NCBI RefSeq assembly: GCF_017591665.1
Contig: NZ_JAAKGC010000030.1
Span: 19,483 to 83,482 of the forward strand
Direction of reading: 5' to 3'
Origin: Aetokthonos hydrillicola CCALA 1050
Lineage (GTDB): Bacteria > Cyanobacteriota > Cyanobacteriia > Cyanobacteriales > Nostocaceae
Length of the DNA stretch: 64,000 bases
Shown here in pieces: positions 41,988 through 52,897 of the stretch (its first letter is position 1; every line of letters starts with the position of its first letter). The notes beneath the pieces are model-generated. The model worked only from the letters and a program-made list of their open reading frames with translations. It did no database searches and was not told the DNA's origin. Both the position numbers and the translations under genes were made by a program.

Positions 41988-42776
41988 CTACTCGATTGAA
42001 ATTCTACGACTTTTCGGTTTTTTATGAGATGATTTATGACAAGGATATCTGGAAGTGTTATACTTAAACCTTATTTTTAATAAACTAAAAAACATTCCTA
42101 TAGAATCTTTCACAAGATTGACTTTTGATTGTTTGTACAAATGATCATCTGATACTATAACTGGTATTTCTCCAATATGATACCCTTTGTTATGAGCTAT
42201 ATATATCAGTTCAACATCAAATGAAAAACCTTTCCTGTCTTGTTGTTTAAACAGATATACTGCGACATCTTTCTTAAACCCCTTGATTCCTGCTTGCATA
42301 TCGTGAAAAGGTAAATCAAGTATAATTCTCGAAAGCAAATTAAACATTTTGCCCGCAATTATCCTAATTAAACTTAATCCGTTAAGAGCATTTAAGTCCA
42401 GAACTCTACAACCAATCACGATATCAAAATATTCTAGCTTTTGAACGATGACTTTTAGGTATTCTAGTGAATAAGCTAGATCACTATCTATGTAGCAGAT
42501 ATAATCTCCTTCTGCATATTGTAATCCTGTTTTTATCGCTGCACCTTTTCCTTTGTTTTCTTGGTAAGAGATCAGCTTTATCTGACTTGTGTTTAATGAT
42601 TCCACTGTTTTTATTAAAATTTCTTCCGTCCTGTCTGTGGAACCATCATTAACAAAAATAAAATGATAGTAAGGCTGAGATTTAGAGAATTCTAAAATAG
42701 AATCTAAGGTTCTTTGTATGCATTTTTCTTCATTATAAACAGGCAGGATAACTGCTACTTTTCTCATTTTCCTCAC
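41988..42776 (-). CDS. Family 2 glycosyltransferase
   Basis: 262 aa with VAVILPVYNEE...FVNDGSTDRT GT2 (DxD-containing) motifs. Confidence 0.85.
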   Translation of the reverse strand: MRKMRKVAVILPVYNEEKCIQRTLDSILEFSKSQPYYHFIFVNDGSTDRTEEILIKTVESLNTSQIKLISYQENKGKGAAIKTGLQYAEGDYICYIDSDLAYSLEYLKVIVQKLEYFDIVIGCRVLDLNALNGLSLIRIIAGKMFNLLSRIILDLPFHDMQAGIKGFKKDVAVYLFKQQDRKGFSFDVELIYIAHNKGYHIGEIPVIVSDDHLYKQSKVNLVKDSIGMFFSLLKIRFKYNTSRYPCHKSSHKKPKSRRISIE

Positions 42777-43292
42777 TCACCTAACATCTCGGAGTATACG
42801 CATCAAGATTCTGTGACCCCTATTAAGAAGGAGTTACAAAAATTTATTGAAAAGAGATCAGGAGTCAGAATTCAGGAGTCAGAAGAATAAAGACTGGTAA
42901 AAACCTCATCTACTTGTTTCTGAGATAGGGGTTAAAACTTTTCTTAAAAGACCATCCCTTTATGGGTGGTGTATTTTGACTCCTGTATTCTGAATTCTTT
43001 TATTTATCAGTCTAGATAATAATACTCTAAAATCTTGTATTTATCCGTAGAAGTCTCGGTCTTGTGAAAAAATGGCGAAGTAAAGCTACATTATTTCTCT
43101 AGGACTTTATAAGTAAAATAAGGACTTACAATTATGTATTGTGTATAACAATGAGATGATCACCTCTTAGTACAAAATCTAACTACTGTGACTTACGTAT
43201 TGATATAATAGACAGCAGATTAGGCTCTCCTAGACTAGGACAAAGGTTGCCGGTTTTTGTCTCGTTTTTATACACAGCTAATATCAATCTTG

Positions 43293-44027
43293 TTACAAAT
43301 TACTATCCTTGTTGCTCAAGAAACCATCTTCCATATAGATAATGCGATGAGCAATATCAAGTATCCGATTATCATGAGTAACCAATAGAATTGTACAACC
43401 TTGTTCTAAAGCTAGTTTTTGCATCAGTTCAACCACATCGCGTCCTGACTTTTTATCAAGTGCTGCTGTTGGTTCGTCTGCTAAAAGGATTTTGGGTTGA
43501 CTGATTAGGGCACGCGCAATAGCAACTCGTTGCTTTTGTCCACCAGACAGATTTTCTGGATAATAATTTGCAAACCGTCCTAAACCAACAGTCTCTAACA
43601 TCGCGATCGCTCTCCCATCCATGTCCTGATCAAGGTACTCATCATGCAACTCTAGAGACATGCGGACATTATCTTTAGCTGTCAAAAACTTCATCAGGTT
43701 ATGTGCTTGGAAAACGTAGCCAATTTGGCGACGAATTAAAACTAGTTGCTGTTTACTAGCTTCACACATCTCCCTTCCTAAGATTTTTAAACTACCCTCC
43801 TGTGCAGAACGTAATCCACCCATGAGTGTTAACAGGGTGGTTTTTCCTGAACCAGAAGGTCCCGTCATAATCACAATTTCCCCAGCCTTAATTTCTAGGT
43901 TAATATTGAACAGGACTTGTTTTTTGAGGGCACCTTCTCCAAAGTAATGGTTAAGGTTATGCACACTGATGACTGGTTTTGTTGTTTGTGAGTTAATGGA
44001 GTCCAAATCACTAGTTGTTTTCTGCAT
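43293..44027 (-). CDS. ABC transporter ATP-binding protein, DevA-like
   Basis: 244 aa with Walker A GPSGSGKTT, the LSGGQKQRVAIAR signature and Walker B ILLADEPT. Confidence 0.9.
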   Translation of the reverse strand: MQKTTSDLDSINSQTTKPVISVHNLNHYFGEGALKKQVLFNINLEIKAGEIVIMTGPSGSGKTTLLTLMGGLRSAQEGSLKILGREMCEASKQQLVLIRRQIGYVFQAHNLMKFLTAKDNVRMSLELHDEYLDQDMDGRAIAMLETVGLGRFANYYPENLSGGQKQRVAIARALISQPKILLADEPTAALDKKSGRDVVELMQKLALEQGCTILLVTHDNRILDIAHRIIYMEDGFLSNKDSNL

Positions 44028-44043
44028 AATTTCGATTCTCGTT

Positions 44044-45207
44044 CTAAAATATATCCGCAGGGTCAGCAGATTGCAGTTTTCGTAGGGCGATCGCTCCCGA
44101 AATACTACACATAGCGATTGTTAAAAGTAAGACCGTTATGACTCTTTCCACATTCATAGCAATTGGTAGTAGTGTTGCAGCATAAACAATCTGATAGAGT
44201 CCTAATGCCAATAAAAGACTAGGAATATACCCAAGCACTGCCAGAAATAACGATTCTTGAACTAGAACAACTAAAAGGTAACGATCCGTGTAACCCATTG
44301 CTTTTAAGGTAGCGTATTCTGGTAGGTGATCTGAAACATCGGAGTACAGGATTTGGTAAACAATCACAATTCCAACAATAAAACCAACAACAACACCTAA
44401 CCCAAAAATAAAACCAATACCAGTGCTATTTGCCCAATAAGTTTTTTCGATTTCTGCAAAACCTTCTTTTGTCAATACCAAGACATCCTTTGGCAAACCT
44501 GTAGCGAGTTGCGATCGCACATTTTCTAAATTCGCGTTTGGTTTGAGGTGAATTAAACCCACTTCAATCTGATCTCGTTGGCGCTCAGGAAAAAGTTGTA
44601 GAAACGTTGAATCACTAGTAATGACGTTACCATCAGCAGCAAAAGATGCTCCATTGGTAAATAAACCAGCAGTTTGAATAGTTTTACGGTTCAATTGTGC
44701 TTCCAAATAACCTGTTTTTTTAAAAATATCGACCGCCCCATACTCTGGACGACTGGCTTGATCAAATAGTACTTGATTCAGTTGCTTGAGAGTATCTAGA
44801 TTTTGCGTGACTTCAGGAAAATTAAATGCAGGTTTGACTGGATCAATTCCCCATACTAAAATCGCTCGTTCCAGAAGAGTTGCCGGATTACGCCATTGTC
44901 CGGTACCAACATAAACATAACTAACTGACTCTACCCCTTCATAACTTAACACTTGGTAAAGACGGGCTCTTGAAAAGCTTTTAACGGAAAATAAGGTTTG
45001 AAATTGAGGATTAATTAAAACCAAATCTGCTTGTAAGTTACGATGTGGTTTGACGGCTGCATCAAACAACGCACCTTGAAATCCCAATTGTAAGAACATA
45101 AGAATATCAGCAAAGGCAATACCTGCAACAGCAACCGTCACACGAGTTTTTTCTTTCATCAACTGTCGCCATGCTAAGGGGGTTTTGCGAAACCATCGAC
45201 GAAGCAT
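44044..45207 (-). CDS. ABC transporter permease, FtsX/DevC-like
   Basis: 387 aa. An N-terminal TM, a large periplasmic domain and C-terminal TM helices (the MacB/FtsX pattern), adjacent to the ATPase. Confidence 0.8.
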   Translation of the reverse strand: MLRRWFRKTPLAWRQLMKEKTRVTVAVAGIAFADILMFLQLGFQGALFDAAVKPHRNLQADLVLINPQFQTLFSVKSFSRARLYQVLSYEGVESVSYVYVGTGQWRNPATLLERAILVWGIDPVKPAFNFPEVTQNLDTLKQLNQVLFDQASRPEYGAVDIFKKTGYLEAQLNRKTIQTAGLFTNGASFAADGNVITSDSTFLQLFPERQRDQIEVGLIHLKPNANLENVRSQLATGLPKDVLVLTKEGFAEIEKTYWANSTGIGFIFGLGVVVGFIVGIVIVYQILYSDVSDHLPEYATLKAMGYTDRYLLVVLVQESLFLAVLGYIPSLLLALGLYQIVYAATLLPIAMNVERVITVLLLTIAMCSISGAIALRKLQSADPADIF

Positions 45208-45416
45208 TGATTCCTCCTTATATCAAACGTCCGTTATAAAATAATGCAAAAGAATTCAGGAGCCAGGAGCCAGAATTCAGAATTAAATTCTGTATGATTG
45301 GTGTGAATTGCGGTAAGAAAAGCCGTTTTTTTATCCTGGAGACTAGGAAAAATCTTGAAATCTTGACTTCAGACATGGGGTATTCTGACTCCTGAATTCT
45401 GACTTCTGAGTTCTTT

Positions 45417-46583
45417 TCATAATTCAATTGCTGTTTGAACTTGCAAGTTAGTTAAACCTGCAACTTTTTTGCTAGCTTCTGGGTTCAGGCGAATTTTCAC
45501 CTCAACCACGCGACGGTCAAGATTTTCTCCTGGCTGGTTGCTGAAAACATTCTGCCGGTTTACCTGCAAGCCTATATGATAAACCACTCCTTGTAGTTCT
45601 CCATCAAAAGCTTGACCTGTAATAACTGCTTTGTGTCCGAGTTTAACTTTACCAATATCAGTTTGATAAACTTCTGCCACTGCTACCATCTGCTTAGTTT
45701 CAGCCAAGTCTGCGATACCTGCATCACCAATCTTTTCCCCTGTTCGTGCATGAATTTTGAGAATTTGTCCCGCCATTGGGGATCTAATATCAGCTTGCTT
45801 CAAAGCAGTTTCTGCTTTTTTGACGGATGCAGTTGCATTTTCTACTTCCCTTTTTGCTGCTTGAATATCCACAGGCCGCACTTCTGCTATCTTGTTAAGG
45901 TTTGCTTTGGCTTCACTCAATTCAGCTTTTAGTGTTTCTACTGTTTTATTTTGTGTTTCTTTTGACTGGTTAAGCTGTGCTTGTGCTGTTTCGGCAGCTA
46001 GGCGCTTGTTATCTATGGTGGAGGTGGAAATTGCTCCCTGTTCATACAACTGCTGAAAACGATTATACTCAGCGCGGGTGTTACGGACTTCTGATTGCCA
46101 ACGTGCGATCGCCGCATTTTGAACTGCAATCTCACCTGCAATCTGTGCTTGTAACCGCCGAATAGTAGATTCTTGCGCCTGAATTTCTCCCGTTTTAGCA
46201 CCAGCTTTTACCTGTGCAAGTTTAGCTTCAGCAACGCTAAGCTGTTTTTGTGCTTGTTGTAGCGCATCTTGCAAGTTCGCTTTGGAATTTAAAATTGCTA
46301 TAACTTGTCCCGCTTTGACTTGTTCTCCTTCTTTGACTAAGATTTGAGCAACGCGATCGCCATCTAAATCTAGGGGTGCAGATAAGCGAATCACCTCACT
46401 TTCTGGCTCTAGTCTTCCCAAAGCCGTGATTCTTTTAACAACAGGTGTTAGTTTCGCAGGCTCAGAGACTTTTTTAAACTGAGAAATGTTATACAGAACT
46501 ATTCCAGTGGAGATTACCCCAGCAGCTAAGACTAGACCAATTAGCCATCGATTGGTAGGCTTAAATAATACTTTCACACTCAT
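45417..46583 (-). CDS. HlyD-family membrane fusion protein, DevB-like
   Basis: 388 aa. An N-terminal TM, a coiled-coil (QAQKQLSVAEAKLAQVKAG...) and beta-barrel segments. Confidence 0.8.
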   Translation of the reverse strand: MSVKVLFKPTNRWLIGLVLAAGVISTGIVLYNISQFKKVSEPAKLTPVVKRITALGRLEPESEVIRLSAPLDLDGDRVAQILVKEGEQVKAGQVIAILNSKANLQDALQQAQKQLSVAEAKLAQVKAGAKTGEIQAQESTIRRLQAQIAGEIAVQNAAIARWQSEVRNTRAEYNRFQQLYEQGAISTSTIDNKRLAAETAQAQLNQSKETQNKTVETLKAELSEAKANLNKIAEVRPVDIQAAKREVENATASVKKAETALKQADIRSPMAGQILKIHARTGEKIGDAGIADLAETKQMVAVAEVYQTDIGKVKLGHKAVITGQAFDGELQGVVYHIGLQVNRQNVFSNQPGENLDRRVVEVKIRLNPEASKKVAGLTNLQVQTAIEL

Positions 46584-47188
46584 CTGGTCACCTCATGTTT
46601 TTCTAGATATGCGGTTAGCATTTTCCCTAGTAAGGCAAATTGTTCAGGGAAAGAAACTATTTCATTCCCCCACAAACGCTCTATGATTATGCCGTCGATC
46701 AAGCAGACTACAAAAGAAGCCAGTCTCGGATCTTGTATACCCAACAATTCACAGATTGTTTGCCGCAGTAGCTCATCAACCCGCCTCAAAACGACACTAC
46801 CCTGAATCTCATTGCGCTCTTGATGTTGACAAAAGTCGAGCAAGATGCACATGAACTTAATGAAATAATCCTCTTTTTCTAGTAAGTATGTTCCCAATGC
46901 TTCCAAACGTTGGGATAGAGAGTGTGTCCCTTCCACCACATCCATAGCAAACTGCAAATCCTTCTGAGTGATTTCTTCTACCAATTGCTCAAACAAAGCC
47001 TTTTTATTGGGAAAGTAGTGATACAAGGTTCCAGTAGAAACGCCTAAACCTTCAGCAACCTGCCGCATAGTTATGGATGCATAACCCTTCTCAGCAAACA
47101 AATCAAAGCACTTACTTAGCAATTGTTTGCGGTATTGGTCATGATCAACAATCTTCGGCATTGCTAGATAATTTTTTATATTGAACAT
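46580..47188 (-). CDS. TetR-family transcriptional regulator
   Basis: 202 aa. The N-terminal HTH ITMRQVAEGLGVSTGTLYHYFPNK is a TetR signature. It overlaps the devB-like start by 4 nt. Confidence 0.85.
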   Translation of the reverse strand: MFNIKNYLAMPKIVDHDQYRKQLLSKCFDLFAEKGYASITMRQVAEGLGVSTGTLYHYFPNKKALFEQLVEEITQKDLQFAMDVVEGTHSLSQRLEALGTYLLEKEDYFIKFMCILLDFCQHQERNEIQGSVVLRRVDELLRQTICELLGIQDPRLASFVVCLIDGIIIERLWGNEIVSFPEQFALLGKMLTAYLEKHEVTR

Positions 47189-47471
47189 TTGTTATACAAT
47201 AACACAAATTGCTAATTTATCATTCACGCACTAAGTGAGGCTGATCATCTTGGGTGATTTACACCGAATAAATATACCGCAGCCGTTGGTTTCGACTTCG
47301 CTCAACCAACTGAGAGATCGAGAGTTGAGCGAAGTCGAAACTCGCACTCCCCAGGTATTTTCTTTCTAGGAAATCACCTTGGTTCGTAGTTGCGCTTTAG
47401 CGCACTCAAGTCCAGCTACAAACCTTTCAAGTTATTTACATAACTTTACGTATTATTTCCTATTCACATCT

Positions 47472-48158
47472 TTAGTATTGCCCAAGAAAAATTTGTTTGG
47501 CAGTTAAATCTAATTCAGGAAAAGCGCGAGAAATAATGCGATCTCCTCCTCGGAATGGAGTAATCTCGTATTCATCATCAATTAACTGGCAGATAGACAG
47601 CGTTGGTTGTTTAGGATTGCCAGTAAACTTTTTAGCTCCAATTCCGAGATAATCGACGATCCAATACTCAGGAATTTTAAGGCTTTCGTATTTACCAAAC
47701 TTCATATAGTAGTCATCATCCCAATTAGTTGAAACAACTTCGACAACTAATGGAATTGAAGCACCGTACATTACCGTTGATTTTTTCTTCCACAACGGCT
47801 CATTTACAAGATTCGTCCGATTGAGTAATAAAACATCAGGTGAATAACCCGATTCATTTTTCTCTGGTTTGACTAGTGCTGTTTTTGGAATAAAGTAGGG
47901 TAAGTTTAACCGAACATATTCAAAGCTGATTTTACCTGCTATGAAGCCCACAATATCTTCATGGTCACCTACTGGTTGAACCATTTCAACAATGACTCCA
48001 TCGTGTAGTTCGTACCGTCCCCCGGTCGGTCGCCATTCTGTGAATTCTTCAAAGGTTACAAGCTGGGGTAGAGGTTGAGTCATAATGGTATCAAATTTCG
48101 CTACATTCTTTACTGAAATTATGGCTGTGCTTTTGGTCTTAGCTTTTGCACCTTCCAA
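47472..48158 (-). CDS. Uma2-family (DUF820) putative restriction-endonuclease-fold protein
   Basis: 228 aa with PEYWIVDY and D...E.K motifs typical of the cyanobacterial Uma2 family. Confidence 0.7.
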   Translation of the reverse strand: MEGAKAKTKSTAIISVKNVAKFDTIMTQPLPQLVTFEEFTEWRPTGGRYELHDGVIVEMVQPVGDHEDIVGFIAGKISFEYVRLNLPYFIPKTALVKPEKNESGYSPDVLLLNRTNLVNEPLWKKKSTVMYGASIPLVVEVVSTNWDDDYYMKFGKYESLKIPEYWIVDYLGIGAKKFTGNPKQPTLSICQLIDDEYEITPFRGGDRIISRAFPELDLTAKQIFLGQY

Positions 48159-48743
48159 GACTAATTATGTGCGATCTACGCTCCGCGCACCAGCGAAGCT
48201 ATCGCCAAGAGCGCTGCACTCAAGAGGGCAAATTCCCGTACTCCATTGGCTAATAACAGCAACTAACATGAGAGTACTATCTAAGTAAATCGTATGTAAT
48301 TTTTAATACAAATAAAAAATCTTAACAAAATAACCGTCGTTAAACATTACCTCTCTAGGAATGAAATTTCTCCAGAGTTGGGAAAACCCTTTATATAGGA
48401 ACTTTGGCGGATCATTGGTCATATCGGTTAGGAAAACTAATATGAGAGAAAAATTCAGCAAATCTAAAGAAATGCTTAAACATTAAGAAAAATTGCCAGT
48501 TTTATGAGAATCTAACTCAAAGATTACAACTCTTATTTCAAACGGGGTCAGCTTTTATAAAGATCCTGAACATAACACACTCTGGCACTTCTACAGTTTC
48601 TGTAGAGGTGTCGTTGTGTGCTAATAAAGTTGTTACGCGTCAACATCTGTATATTCTTAAATTAAGCTACTTTACAGTAGTAACTTAATTCTAAGCACAT
48701 CCAAAGGCTCGTCCCTCGCAAGCACAACAGAGAAGTAATCCAA

Positions 48744-49115
48744 ATGACAATTTTTAACAAAGATATCGTTGCACTGGCAAAAGAGAATAGCTTTTTTCGC
48801 CAAGAAATTCTGACAAATCAGCATAGTCAAATCGTGTTGATGAGTATTGAGCCAGGCGATGAAATTGGCGAGGAAACCCACGATGTAGACCAAGTGTTAG
48901 TATTCGTTGCTGGGACAGGTGAAGCTGTGTTGAACGGCGATCGCAGCACAGTTGAAGCAAACTCAATGGTTGTTGTTCCAGCAGGCACATTGCATAATTT
49001 TATCAACACTGGCTCTGTAGCGCTGAAGCTCTTCACTATTTATACGCCACCAGAAGAAGCTCCAGGAACGTTGCATCGAACGAAAGCAGAAGCGGTTGCT
49101 GCTGAAGGACATTAG
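48744..49115 (+). CDS. Cupin-domain protein
   Basis: 123 aa with the GDEIGEETHDVDQVLVFVAGTGEAVLNGD ... VVVPAGTLHNF two-motif cupin pattern. Confidence 0.7.
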   Translation: MTIFNKDIVALAKENSFFRQEILTNQHSQIVLMSIEPGDEIGEETHDVDQVLVFVAGTGEAVLNGDRSTVEANSMVVVPAGTLHNFINTGSVALKLFTIYTPPEEAPGTLHRTKAEAVAAEGH

Positions 49116-49213
49116 TTTGAATAAAGTGGCGATCGCTGGTTCGCCACTGCGCTTCCCAATCGCCCCCTGACTAAGCTGCTTTTTGCACAAGTCAAACAAA
49201 AGCTAAAATATCA

Positions 49214-49930
49214 CTACTGGGGCTTTTTTCCATTCCAATCTGTACAGACAAGACGCCCATGGACTAGCTTTCCTTTGACAATACCCGTATTTGGTAATAT
49301 ATTAGCTAGCGAGAATTGCCCTGAGACATTCTTAAACAATAGAGGCAGCATAGTAGCCAAGATAGCACCATGTGCTACAAATATCAGCACTTTAGGAGTG
49401 GATGAATATTGCTCTATTGTTTGGGTAACAAATGGTATAAAACGCTCTCGCTGATCGTTATAGCTCTCTCCACCAGGAGCTTTTGTATCGTATAGACCAT
49501 TTAGCAACCAATCTGATAGTATTTGCAAGATTTGTGGCTGTGAGGTCGTTGTGCCAAAATTAACCTCGACAATTTGAGGAGCAAGTTGTAATTGAATATT
49601 TTTTTCAAACGATAGAGCGTCAGCGGTTTGGACAGTTCGTAAGCGGGTTGAAGTGAAAATAGCCGAAACATCAATATCTTTAATCGACGAAGCAAGATCC
49701 TTAACCTGCTGAATACCTTTAAGTGTGAGAGGATAAGTAACCCCTTCGTCTAGAGGCAGATTTGATTGCGGAGGTAAAACGTTGATTTCACTCTCACCAT
49801 GTCTAATAAACCAAACTTCAAACCTAGAGCCATCTCCCGCCTTTGCTTTTGATAAAAGGGCAGAAAGTCCAACGAATGCTGGTGCTGCAGAGATAGCTTT
49901 GATTATTGTACGCCTATTAAGTCTTTTCAC
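49214..49930 (-). CDS. Histidine phosphatase (phosphoglycerate-mutase-like) family protein with a Tat-type signal
   Basis: 238 aa with the WFIRHGESE catalytic RHG motif and an N-terminal RRTIIKAISAAPAFVGLSALL signal. Confidence 0.7.
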   Translation of the reverse strand: MKRLNRRTIIKAISAAPAFVGLSALLSKAKAGDGSRFEVWFIRHGESEINVLPPQSNLPLDEGVTYPLTLKGIQQVKDLASSIKDIDVSAIFTSTRLRTVQTADALSFEKNIQLQLAPQIVEVNFGTTTSQPQILQILSDWLLNGLYDTKAPGGESYNDQRERFIPFVTQTIEQYSSTPKVLIFVAHGAILATMLPLLFKNVSGQFSLANILPNTGIVKGKLVHGRLVCTDWNGKKPQ

Positions 49931-50099
49931 TTTGATTAGTCGATATTCTGGGTAAATTTTTCAGAAAGAAACTCACGCAAGTCGCAATAATGCGATTTGC
50001 TCTACAGAATAAGCGTGATCTATTAAGCTACTTTTAAGGAATCGTTAAAGCAAAATGCTACTTGGGTTAAAACTGATACCAATTCAAAAAATGATCGAT

Positions 50100-50450
50100 A
50101 CAAATGTAGGTTGGGTTGAGGAACGAAACCCAACAAAGACAAGGCTTTGATGTGTTGGGTTTCACTTCGTACCCCTACGGGGAAGCAAGCTACAACCCAA
50201 CCTACCCATCTGTTTCATTTTTTTTCGTGAAATGGTATGACTAATTTTACGTAGGTTGGGTTGAGGAACGAAACCCAACAAAGACAAGGCTTTGATGTGT
50301 TGGGTTTCACTTCGTTCTACCCAACCTACCCATCTGTTTCATTTTTTTCGTGAAATGGTATGACTAATTTTACGTAGGTTGGGTTGAGGAACGTAGACGC
50401 CCCTGGCGGCTTCCCGCAGGGTAACCCAACAATTTTAGGATTGTGGTGGC
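50100..50450. repeat. Tandem array of ~125-bp dispersed palindromic repeat units (gtaggttgggttgaggaacgaaacccaacaaagacaaggctttgatgtgttgggtttcac...)
   Basis: Two near-identical units plus a third variant copy. The same family occurs at five other loci in the window. Confidence 0.85.
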
Positions 50451-50550
50451 GATCGCATTGCTCCCGACTTCAAAACCTTACTCGACCAAACAGATCACGC
50501 GCCAACTCCTCATCTAAGCAACCTTGTAGGAACTTCAAACCTTTCGTGGT

Positions 50551-51051
50551 ATGGGATCCGGTAAACAATTAGCTGTTCTCAAGGGTCATAACGGTGAGGT
50601 CACAAGTGTAGTATTCAGCCCAGATGGTAAGCTTTTGGCTACTGATGGTCGTGGTGGATACTACTACACAACTGCTCGCATATGGGATACATCAGGTAAA
50701 CAATTAGCTGTTCTCAAGGCTGATCAAGATGTGGACTGGAGTGTAGTATTCAGCCCAGATGGTAAGCTTTTGGCTACTGGTGGAAACGACGGAACTGCTC
50801 GCATATGGGATACATCAGGTAAACAATTAGCTGCTCTCAAGGGAGAGCAAGGTACGGTCAATAGTGTAGTATTCAGCCCCAATAGTAAGCTGTTGGCTAC
50901 TGGTGGAGAGGACGGAACTGCTCGCTTATGGCAAGTTGGGGGACTTGATGAAATACTAGCAGTGAGTTGTGATTGGGTAGGTAATTATGTAAAGAGAAAT
51001 CCTAATGTTACAGATCACACCCTGTGCGACGACGCTGGTACTCGAAAATAG
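50551..51051 (+). CDS. WD40-repeat protein fragment (about 4 blades), a possible gene remnant
   Basis: 166 aa of VFSPDGKLLATGG..DGTARIWD units. Successive ~123-bp repeat units are nearly identical at the DNA level. It is too short for a full propeller and abuts a repeat array. Confidence 0.45.
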   Translation: MGSGKQLAVLKGHNGEVTSVVFSPDGKLLATDGRGGYYYTTARIWDTSGKQLAVLKADQDVDWSVVFSPDGKLLATGGNDGTARIWDTSGKQLAALKGEQGTVNSVVFSPNSKLLATGGEDGTARLWQVGGLDEILAVSCDWVGNYVKRNPNVTDHTLCDDAGTRK

Positions 51052-51264
51052 TGTAAAATAAATAACACTCCAACCCTAGTTCTCTAAGCAGCTTTGCGAT
51101 CGCTCTATGTATTAGCACACACTATCGAAGCCAGCGCTTAGGAATTAGTTTAATGACTAAGAATACGATAACTCAGCTCTACGTGAAGTGCGATCCCTTA
51201 ACTATTCTCCTGTCCCCTGTATGCTCAGCAACTGACTCTGCTCATTCAGGGTATTGCTTGCTTG

Positions 51265-51368
51265 AAATATGAAAAGTCTTTCTAGAGTCACAATGTAACC
51301 TTAACAAAGCGATTGAAATATGAAAGGTCTTTCTAAAGTTACAATGTAACCTTAACAAAGTGATTGAC
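51265..51368. repeat. Tandem direct duplication of a ~52-bp unit (aatatgaaaagtctttctagagtcacaatgtaaccttaacaaagcgattg)
   Basis: Two adjacent copies with 4 mismatches, downstream of the HNH gene. Confidence 0.8.
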
Positions 51369-51425
51369 AAGAGCCCTATGCAGAGTGCAATCGCATTCTC
51401 ATATTTAATATGTAACACACTTAGT

Positions 51426-51839
51426 TTAAGGATATTGTTTTTGATTGATTAATGCTTGCCGTTGAAGCACACGATTAGGAACATTAAACTGAAGCAGTCT
51501 TGCAGTCCCTTGACCGATCTGAGTTTTCCCTTCTATTCTCGCGCCCTCAAAATAAAAATGTTCATCCCAAGCCAGACGACGCGGGTTAAACAATGGGACA
51601 ATCTCTTTAGTAAATCGGTCTATAGTCGCGAAATCCGAACCTTTATGACGGTTGCAAGACAAACATGAAAGTGCCAAGTTTTCAGCAATTGTTTCACCCC
51701 CATGCTTTACAGCAATAATATGGTCAACTTCATGAGTATAAATTGAAAAATCTTGATGAATTAAGCAATATTCACAGCGTCCAGCGGCTCTCTCAATGAC
51801 TAGCTTACGTACTTCGGTATCAATTGAATTAGAAGTCAT
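51426..51839 (-). CDS. HNH endonuclease
   Basis: 137 aa. CEYC...HEVDHIIAVKHGGETIAENLALSCLSCNRHK is an HNH motif with a zinc-binding CxxC pair. Confidence 0.85.
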   Translation of the reverse strand: MTSNSIDTEVRKLVIERAAGRCEYCLIHQDFSIYTHEVDHIIAVKHGGETIAENLALSCLSCNRHKGSDFATIDRFTKEIVPLFNPRRLAWDEHFYFEGARIEGKTQIGQGTARLLQFNVPNRVLQRQALINQKQYP

Positions 51840-52219
51840 TTATTTAATTCTGTATAAGCTCGTGCTTTTAGTAAAATCATCATGTGTTCTAATTGCTCAT
51901 AAACATCTAATTCTGCGAATTCCATTGTACTGATTGTTGCAGAACGATTTTTTTCTAATAATTCTTGCAGGCGTTTTTGAACTGGTAATGAAACTTTAAA
52001 AGTAATAATTTCTTCAGGTGTGGGACGCTTTATCAAAAAATCAAGAACTTCTTGATAAACTGCCGTAATATCGGTAGTCTCAGCTTGAGTTTTAGGCTGA
52101 GAGGTTGAAAGTAGATGATCAATGTCTAACAGCCGCCAAAGCAATTCGGGTAAGCGATTTTGCAGTGGTTCTAGACGTTGAGCAAGTTCATCGGGTATTT
52201 GAATTGTTAATTCTGCCAT
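51836..52219 (-). CDS. Hypothetical protein translationally coupled upstream of the HNH endonuclease
   Basis: 127 aa, overlapping the HNH start by 4 nt. Confidence 0.5.
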   Translation of the reverse strand: MAELTIQIPDELAQRLEPLQNRLPELLWRLLDIDHLLSTSQPKTQAETTDITAVYQEVLDFLIKRPTPEEIITFKVSLPVQKRLQELLEKNRSATISTMEFAELDVYEQLEHMMILLKARAYTELNK

Positions 52220-52318
52220 TGTGATTATTCATCGGTATTGAAAGAGCGTTAGCATAAACTAAACAAGCCTGTATATTTTCTAAGGTAGTTACGGAGAATT
52301 TCGTCGGATGTCTAACCT

Positions 52319-52897
52319 TCAGCCTTCTCCTGCGGTGAGTATCTGCTGTGCAGTTAGCCGCAGTTGTGGAAAAGTGTCTGACGAGATCGCTGTACTTCCT
52401 TCAAATATCTTCTCCTCATAAAGTCCCTCAACCAGCGTCAGCATGCTAACTTTATTAGTTTGGGGGTTAACGATCCAATATTCAGAAATTCCCCTAGCAG
52501 CATATTCTGAACGTTTGTAACGATAATCCCTATCTTCGTTTATCTTACCAGGAGAAACAACTTCAACAACCAAAGCAGGTGGGGGCATATCGAGAGTAAT
52601 AGTTGATCGCGTTGCACCTTGTAAAATAGCTGCAAGTTCATCCGTTAGCACAACCAGATCTGGGATGCGAGTTGTAGCACGTCTACCACTAATGACAATT
52701 TCCGCTTTATTACTCAATCTTTTGAGGGAAACAAACTTGAGGAATTGTGATAGTAAGTATATCGCAATTTGAACGTTTTTCGGGCTTTCTGGTGGCATTG
52801 CAACTAACTCTCCAGCCACCAGCTCGTATTGGGTGTCGGTGCCATCGTCGTAATTCAAGTACTCCTCAAGGGTCAGTTTTTTAGAAGTTGTGGTCAT
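52319..52897 (-). CDS. Uma2-family (DUF820) endonuclease-fold protein, second copy
   Basis: 192 aa with [11 protein letters not shown] and PDLVVL...EVVSPG motifs. Confidence 0.7.
   Translation of the reverse strand: MTTTSKKLTLEEYLNYDDGTDTQYELVAGELVAMPPESPKNVQIAIYLLSQFLKFVSLKRLSNKAEIVISGRRATTRIPDLVVLTDELAAILQGATRSTITLDMPPPALVVEVVSPGKINEDRDYRYKRSEYAARGISEYWIVNPQTNKVSMLTLVEGLYEEKIFEGSTAISSDTFPQLRLTAQQILTAGEG

Noticed and set aside
45612-46201. Small ORFs antisense to or overlapping the devB-like gene
   Set aside because: No support. The HlyD-family gene explains the region.
48085-48288. 67-aa ORF overlapping the Uma2 gene start
   Set aside because: It contains the dispersed CGCTCCGCGCACCAGCGAAGCTAT repeat and is out of frame with the supported gene.
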